Below, piece after piece: positions 57,193-62,525 of a stretch of 62,525 bases of DNA. This DNA is from an uncultured Thiogranum sp. (GTDB lineage: Bacteria; Pseudomonadota; Gammaproteobacteria; DSM-19610). The position numbers and the translations under genes were made by a program. The DNA is taken from assembly GCA_965544455.1 (NCBI GenBank), contig CBEUNK010000001.1, forward strand, positions 1-62,525. The letters are read 5' to 3'. The number at the start of each line of letters is the position of its first letter. The first letter of the stretch is position 1. The notes below the pieces were generated by a model that was given only the letters and a program-made list of their open reading frames with translations, was not told the DNA's origin and searched no databases.

Positions 57193-58016
57193 TGACAGTA
57201 TCGGCGCAACAGACAGATCGTCCCGTTATCGAGGTGGAAAACCTCGTGACCTACTATGGTCGGCAGAAAGTGCTGGACCGTGTGTCGCTGGATGTCGGCG
57301 ATGGCGAGATCATGGTCATCATGGGCGGCAGTGGTTCGGGCAAGTCGACCCTGTTGCGCTACCTGCTCGGTCTGCACCGGCCGGACAGCGGCATTATCCG
57401 TTTGTTCGGGAGCGATACCAGCACGTTGAGCGGCCGTGAGTGGATGGCACTGCGCAGGAAAATGGGCGTGTCCTTCCAGGGTGGGGCACTGTTCAACTCC
57501 ATGACAGTGGGTGAAAATGTGTGCATGCCGTTACGCGAGCATACGCGCCTGGACGAGAATACCATGCGCATCATGAGTCGCATGAAACTGGAAGTGGTCA
57601 ATCTGGCCGGTTTCGAGCACCTGATGCCGTCCCAGTTGTCGGGTGGCATGCTCAAACGTGCGGCACTGGCACGCGCCCTGGTCATGGACCCCAGCCTGTT
57701 GTTTTTCGATGAACCCTCGGCGGGGCTCGACCCGGTAGTGGCGGCTGATCTGGATAACCTGATTCTGCGGATCCGCGACGCCATGCAGGTGTCCATTGTG
57801 GTCGTGACGCACGAACTTGAAAGCGCCTTCGCCATCGCCGATCGTATTACCGTGCTCGACCACGGACGAATCCTGATGGTCGGCACCGTCGACGAGGTGC
57901 GCAACTCCGATATTCAACGGGTGAGAAACCTGCTCTCGCGCACAGCGGAAGAACAGCAGGTCGATGCCGACGAATACCTGCACCGCCTCACCGCCAACAT
58001 GGGCCACAGATCATGA
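57192..58016 (+). CDS. MlaF-family ABC ATPase
   Basis: GGSGSGKST, FQGGALFNSMTV.ENV, LSGGM.KRAALARA, DEPSAGLDP; TAATG overlap. Confidence 0.94.
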   Translation: MTVSAQQTDRPVIEVENLVTYYGRQKVLDRVSLDVGDGEIMVIMGGSGSGKSTLLRYLLGLHRPDSGIIRLFGSDTSTLSGREWMALRRKMGVSFQGGALFNSMTVGENVCMPLREHTRLDENTMRIMSRMKLEVVNLAGFEHLMPSQLSGGMLKRAALARALVMDPSLLFFDEPSAGLDPVVAADLDNLILRIRDAMQVSIVVVTHELESAFAIADRITVLDHGRILMVGTVDEVRNSDIQRVRNLLSRTAEEQQVDADEYLHRLTANMGHRS

Positions 58017-58960
58017 GGCGCGAGACGATCAATTATTTCGCCGTCGGCCTGTTCGTCCTGGCCGGCCTGGCCGTGCTGCTGTTCGCCTTGTACCACCTGG
58101 TCAGCGGTGTGGGTGACCGCGAGGTCTACTACACCCGTTATCACAATGTCGCCGGTGTCTCACCGGGCACGCTGGTGACCTACGAGGGTTACACCCTGGG
58201 ACACGTGTCGGCGATCGAGCCGCAACGTACCACGGAGGGTATGCGCTACCGGGTCGAATTGCAGCTGCAGCCGGGCTGGCAGATACCGGACGACAGCATC
58301 GCCCGTATCTATTCCGAGGGGCTGCTGGCAGACACGGTGGTCAATATTTCCGAAGGGCAGAGTGCCACCTTCGTGGAACCGGGCGGCCTGCTGAAAGGCG
58401 AGCAGGGTGTGGACCTGTTTGCGACCGTGGGTGAGCTGGCCGGTGACATTGGCGACTTGAGCGAGCACGCTATCCGGCCCTTGCTCGAGAGCCTTAACCG
58501 TTCCGTGCAGCAGGTCGGCGGCGAACTGGAAAACCGCCTGCCGGTGATCCTCGATGGGGTCGAGAAACTGGTGGCGAAACTCGACAGCAGCGCCACCCAC
58601 CTGTCGGGCGTGCTGAATGCCGAAACCGAGACCCAGGCGCGGCGTATACTGAACAACATTGACCAAACCGCCACGGATTTCCAGGCGTTGAGCCAGGGCC
58701 TGCTGGAGGTCAAGCGTGATGCCCTGCACCTGATCGGCAACCTCGACGGCCTGGTCACGCAAAGTCAGCCGGAATTACAGCAGGCGGTGACCGACCTGCG
58801 GCGTGTCCTGCAACAGGTAGCACGCTACAGCGACGGCATCCTGCAGAACCTCGACAGCACCAGCCGCAACATGAGCGAGTTCAGCCGCCAGATCCGGGAA
58901 AACCCAGGCCGTCTGCTGGGTACCAGCGCCCCGCGCGACAAGGGGGTCCGACGTGAATAA
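58013..58960 (+). CDS. MlaD/MCE-domain protein with long helical tail
   Basis: NYFAVGLFV TM helix, V.G...G..V.Y.G...G.V..I MCE motif, GLL, helical region ending IRENP..LL. Confidence 0.92.
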   Translation: MRRETINYFAVGLFVLAGLAVLLFALYHLVSGVGDREVYYTRYHNVAGVSPGTLVTYEGYTLGHVSAIEPQRTTEGMRYRVELQLQPGWQIPDDSIARIYSEGLLADTVVNISEGQSATFVEPGGLLKGEQGVDLFATVGELAGDIGDLSEHAIRPLLESLNRSVQQVGGELENRLPVILDGVEKLVAKLDSSATHLSGVLNAETETQARRILNNIDQTATDFQALSQGLLEVKRDALHLIGNLDGLVTQSQPELQQAVTDLRRVLQQVARYSDGILQNLDSTSRNMSEFSRQIRENPGRLLGTSAPRDKGVRRE

Positions 58961-59567
58961 AACCATCGGATTGCTGTTGCTGTTTTTACTTGTCGGCGGC
59001 TGCGTGTCGACAGAGCCGGTACCCGAAGACCGCTTCTACCGTCTCGAACGCATCCGGCCGGTGCAAACGCTGGTAAAACCGGCGTTGCACGGCGGCCTGG
59101 CGGTCGACTATGTCCAGGCCGATCCCCTGCGCAGCGGTCGCGCGGTGTTGTACAGCGACCGCGATCACCCCCTGCAACTGCAGCGCTATCATTACGAGTT
59201 CTGGGTGGATCAGCCACCCCGCCTGCTGCACCAGGCGCTGCTTTCCTATTTGCGTGACAGCGGCGTTGCGGACAGGGTGGTCGACACCGCCGTAACCACC
59301 GCGGCAGCCTACCGTTTGCAGCTGCGTCTGCTGAAGTTCGAGCAGGTGTTGAACGGGCAGTCCGCCGATGTCGAGGTTGCCATGCAGGCCACGCTGTCAT
59401 CCGGTGCAGCCGACACGGTATTGTGGACCCGCACCTACGAACACCGGCAAGCCGGCAGCAGCCGGCAGATGCACGCCACTGCCGGTACCATGCAGCAGGC
59501 GCTCGGCGAGCTGTTTGCTACCCTGCAGGCCGACCTGGCCGCCTCGCCGGCACAGAAGAAGCCATAG
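58953..59567 (+). CDS. PqiC-like ABC-transport auxiliary lipoprotein
   Basis: Lipobox VGGC, FYRL, Y.Y..W.D.P, L.L.LL.FEQ; 8-nt overlap with the MCE gene. Confidence 0.85.
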   Translation: MNKTIGLLLLFLLVGGCVSTEPVPEDRFYRLERIRPVQTLVKPALHGGLAVDYVQADPLRSGRAVLYSDRDHPLQLQRYHYEFWVDQPPRLLHQALLSYLRDSGVADRVVDTAVTTAAAYRLQLRLLKFEQVLNGQSADVEVAMQATLSSGAADTVLWTRTYEHRQAGSSRQMHATAGTMQQALGELFATLQADLAASPAQKKP

Positions 59568-59599
59568 CTTCGCCGGCAGCCTGCGACTAAACTGTTTAT

Positions 59600-61807
59600 A
59601 TGGTTGCACGCGCTGAAACACACACGCCCGCCGATGGGCAGGCACCCGATCTCGAGGCCTGGTTACAGGTCGTCGCTGACGGGCGTGACAATGCCGGTCA
59701 GCAATTGATCAGGCAGGCGCTGGAGTGTGCCCGCGACGCGCACCTCGGCCAGGCGCGCGCCTCCGGTGAGCCCTACCTGACCCATTGCCTGGCCGTGGCC
59801 GAGATTGTCCACCACCTGAACCTGGATCCCGAGTCCGTCGCCGCCGCGTTGTTGCATGACGTGGTGGAAGATACCGACATCACGCTTGACGATATCAGCC
59901 AGGGGTTTGGTGCCGGCGTGGCCTCGCTGGTGGATGGCGTAACCAAGATGGGCCACCTGGGCGAGATGCGCGAACCGGCAAGTGGTAAAACGGCCCGCGC
60001 CTCGCAGCAGGCCGAAAGCGTGCGCAAGCTGCTGCTGGCCATGGCCGAAGATGTGCGCGTGGTACTGATCAAGCTGTCCGACCGGCTGCACAACATGCGC
60101 ACCCTGCGCTACCTCGACGAGGTGCGTCAACGGCGCATCTCGCGTGAAACGCTCGAAATCTATGCACCCCTGGCCAACCGCCTGGGTATCTGGCAGGTCA
60201 AGTGGGAGCTTGAGGACCTGGCGCTGCGCTATCTTGATCCGGACGCCTACCACCATATCGCTTCATTGCTGGATGGGCGGCGTATCGACCGCGAAAGCCA
60301 TATCGAGCAGGTCAAACAGCAGTTGCGCAAATCATTCGAACAGGCTGGTGTCGATGCTGAAATAACCGGCCGCCCAAAGCATATTTACAGCATCTGGCGA
60401 AAAATGCGCCGCAAGAATGTCGATTTCCACGAAATATTCGACGTGCAGGCGGTGCGGGTGCTGGTCGACAGGCTGGGCGACTGTTACACCGTACTCGGCA
60501 TTGTGCACGGGCTCTGGCACCACGTACCGCACGAATTCGATGACTATATCGCTAACCCGAAGGCGAATAACTACCGTTCACTGCATACCGCAGTTATCGG
60601 CCCGGAAGGCAAGGCCGTGGAAGTGCAGATACGCACGCGCGAAATGCACGAGCACGCCGAGCTCGGCATCGCCGCGCACTGGCGCTACAAGGAGGGTGCG
60701 CGTTACGACGCGGGCTTCGAAGAGAAAATAGCCTGGTTGCGCCAGTTGCTCGAATGGAAAGACGAGGAACCGTCCGCCGATGAGTTTGTCGATCGTTTCA
60801 AATCCGAGTCGGTCGAGGAGCGCGTCTATGTGCTGACGCCGCATGGCAATGTGGTTGATATGCCGGCAGGCGCCACGGCGCTGGATTTCGCCTACCATAT
60901 TCATACCGACGTCGGGCATCGTTGCCGGGGTGTCAAGGTAAACGGTCGCATCGTGCCTTTGTCGTACGAACTGTCATCCGGTCAGCAGGTGGAGGTACTG
61001 ACCGCACGTCATGCTTCACCCAGTCGTGACTGGCTCAATCCCCACCTGGGTTACCTGAAAACCTCGCGCGCACGCGCCAAGGTACGACACTGGTTCAAGC
61101 AACAGGACCGGGATATCAATATTACCGCGGGACGCCATTCACTGGAGCGCGAGTTGCACCGCCTGGGCCTGTCCGATGGTCATCTGGACGAGGTCGCTGC
61201 AAAACTGAATTTTCAGGATATCGACAGCCTGATGGCGGCTCTGGGGCGCGGTGACCTGCAAACCGGCCAGGTAGTCGGTACGGTACTGAGCCTGAGCAAA
61301 ACCGAGGACCAGGAATCGCTGAACGTACCGAGCCGCCGGGCACGGCCGGCACCGGCGCCCAGGGACTTCAGCATCCTGGGTGTCGGAAATCTGCTGACCA
61401 ATGCGGCGCGTTGCTGCAGTCCGGTACCCAACGACGCGATTGTCGGCTACATAACCCGTGGCCGTGGCGTCACCATCCACCGTCGTGACTGCGCCAATGT
61501 GCTGCGACTGAAGGACGAGGACCGCAATCGCCTGATCGACGTCGAATGGGGGGCGCTGCCGGACCGGGTCTTCCCGGTGGATATTCAGCTGCAGGCCTAC
61601 GACCGGCCCGGGCTGCTGCGCGATGTATCGGCCCTGTTGGCCAATGACCAGGTGAATGTCATGGGTATCAATACCCATACCGACAAGAAAGACTTGATTG
61701 CCCGCATGGAGTTGCATATCGAGGTCACCGATATCGGCCAGCTCAGCCGGATACTCAGCCGCATCGGACAGTTGCCGAATGTCATCGAGGTAAAACGCAA
61801 GACCTGA
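59600..61807 (+). CDS. relA: (p)ppGpp synthetase, RelA clade (HD, SYNTH, TGS, ZFD, ACT)
   Basis: RelA-type KWELEDL, GRPKHIYSIWRKM and EFDDY; NYRSLHT, EVQIRT; TGS; CC.P.P.D; ACT. Confidence 0.92.
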   Translation: MVARAETHTPADGQAPDLEAWLQVVADGRDNAGQQLIRQALECARDAHLGQARASGEPYLTHCLAVAEIVHHLNLDPESVAAALLHDVVEDTDITLDDISQGFGAGVASLVDGVTKMGHLGEMREPASGKTARASQQAESVRKLLLAMAEDVRVVLIKLSDRLHNMRTLRYLDEVRQRRISRETLEIYAPLANRLGIWQVKWELEDLALRYLDPDAYHHIASLLDGRRIDRESHIEQVKQQLRKSFEQAGVDAEITGRPKHIYSIWRKMRRKNVDFHEIFDVQAVRVLVDRLGDCYTVLGIVHGLWHHVPHEFDDYIANPKANNYRSLHTAVIGPEGKAVEVQIRTREMHEHAELGIAAHWRYKEGARYDAGFEEKIAWLRQLLEWKDEEPSADEFVDRFKSESVEERVYVLTPHGNVVDMPAGATALDFAYHIHTDVGHRCRGVKVNGRIVPLSYELSSGQQVEVLTARHASPSRDWLNPHLGYLKTSRARAKVRHWFKQQDRDINITAGRHSLERELHRLGLSDGHLDEVAAKLNFQDIDSLMAALGRGDLQTGQVVGTVLSLSKTEDQESLNVPSRRARPAPAPRDFSILGVGNLLTNAARCCSPVPNDAIVGYITRGRGVTIHRRDCANVLRLKDEDRNRLIDVEWGALPDRVFPVDIQLQAYDRPGLLRDVSALLANDQVNVMGINTHTDKKDLIARMELHIEVTDIGQLSRILSRIGQLPNVIEVKRKT

Positions 61808-61878
61808 GCCCGGGTGAGGCAGGTCCCTGGCCAATCTCCGCTATTGAGAGAAACGGGGTAATACTCGCCACCTTCTGT

Positions 61879-61943
61879 GCAGGAGCGGCCCCCTGGCCGC
61901 GATTACTCATTTATGCTTATCGCGGCCAGGGGGCCGCTCCTAC
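61879..61943. repeat. GTAG-family REP doublet (REPIN-like)
   Basis: AGGAGCGGCCCCCTGGCCGCGAT (61881-61903) and its exact reverse complement (61919-61941). The right copy begins GTAG and the left GCAG; each has an internal GCGGCC/GGCCGC palindrome. Confidence 0.75.
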
Positions 61944-62000
61944 AATCAATGTATTTTTCGCCAGTGTCAGTTCGGTGGGCGGTAAGCGCCCTTGATATAT

Positions 62001-62077
62001 TGGCGTCCCGGAGAGGAGTCGAACCTCCGACCTAGCGCTTAGGAGGCGCTTGCTCTATCCAGCTGAGCTACCGGGAC
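62001..62077 (-). tRNA. tRNA-Arg (anticodon CCT)
   Basis: Acceptor GTCCCGG/CCGGGAC, D-arm TAGCTCAGCTGGATAGAGC, anticodon arm AGCGC-CT-CCT-AA-GCGCT, GTTCGA, CCA. Confidence 0.96.
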
Positions 62078-62159
62078 AGGAGACCGCCTGCGCATACTAG
62101 CAAAGCCACCGCTTTTCAACCACCGCACGACTGTTCGATGGCCTTCCAGGGGGGGCGGG

Positions 62160-62186
62160 TAAATCCTGGCGCGTTGCGGCCGATAA
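62160..62186 (+). promoter_or_regulatory. consensus sigma28 (FliA) promoter
   Basis: TAAA-N15-GCCGATAA, exact match. Confidence 0.85.
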
Positions 62187-62221
62187 CCCCGGGGACTATT
62201 TCTGTTCAAGGGACTGCAGGC

Positions 62222-62525
62222 ATGAGCCAGTGGGCTGTATCCGATCCAACCTCAAGTATGGCCGATACGCTGAACGCGTTTACTTTCTGGGTAGGCAATG
62301 GCTTGTATGCGATTAACCTGGACAAGGTCCTGTCGGTTGAACAGGATGACCGTGAGATCCAGCCGGACCCTTTCCGGGGAACGGGTTCCCTGGGTATTGT
62401 CAGGCACCGGGGTGAACCGGTACGGGTTTTCGATTTTGCGGCCTTCCTGGGAACCAGTTCCTGCAATGTACAGAAAGCCGCGCTGATCGACACGCTCATG
62501 GAACGCGAGCAGGATCATATCGACT
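62222..62525 (+). CDS. CheW-like chemotaxis protein (3'-truncated, absent from the ORF track)
   Basis: Open frame to the window end: ...FTFWVGNGLYAINLDKVLSV...GSLGIVRHRGEPVRVFDFAAFLG...EREQDHID. CheW pattern; sigma28 promoter upstream. Start is 62222 or 62258. Confidence 0.75.
   Translation, partial: MSQWAVSDPTSSMADTLNAFTFWVGNGLYAINLDKVLSVEQDDREIQPDPFRGTGSLGIVRHRGEPVRVFDFAAFLGTSSCNVQKAALIDTLMEREQDHID

Overview
GC-rich gammaproteobacterial chromosome segment. Gene order and content suggest a Chromatiales-like or other early-branching, facultatively anaerobic lineage (inference only). I found no prophage, IS, integrase or CRISPR. Core blocks: hisZ(partial)-purA; valS-holC-pepA / lptFG; pcnB-folK-dNK-panBCD; mltF; ppdK; relA; three tRNAs (Glu-CTC, Ser-CGA, Arg-CCT). 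Accessory blocks: an Fe-S FNR homologue divergent from a pseudo-receiver kinase/NarL pair and a BON protein; a DUF2970-2xDUF1538-PII-like-CBS putative transporter operon; three tandem DUF2173-like paralogues; a clade I nosRZDFYL cluster with a divergent ferritin-like gene; an envelope region (pldA, DUF4197, lipoprotein cytochrome c5, OmpA-like, mscS) next to an OmpR / LysM-FecR-Fn3 / CHASE2-kinase operon. Best candidate for an undescribed system: a tightly overlapping operon HDOD-PP2C phosphatase, RsbW-like kinase, phosphorylatable STAS protein, MlaE, MlaF, MlaD, PqiC-like lipoprotein (53927-59567). It has no sigma factor, and the STAS gene sits where an MlaB-type STAS subunit would be expected, suggesting a phospho-switched MCE transporter. 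Also read directly from the DNA: three FNR boxes with class II geometry (BON, ppdK, nosR), three sigma28 promoters, a four-copy GTWAACNNNTGTRAM direct-repeat motif around the CHASE2 operon, a 56-aa ORF missing from the ORF track, a RelA with intact hydrolase motifs, and a GTAG-type REP doublet.
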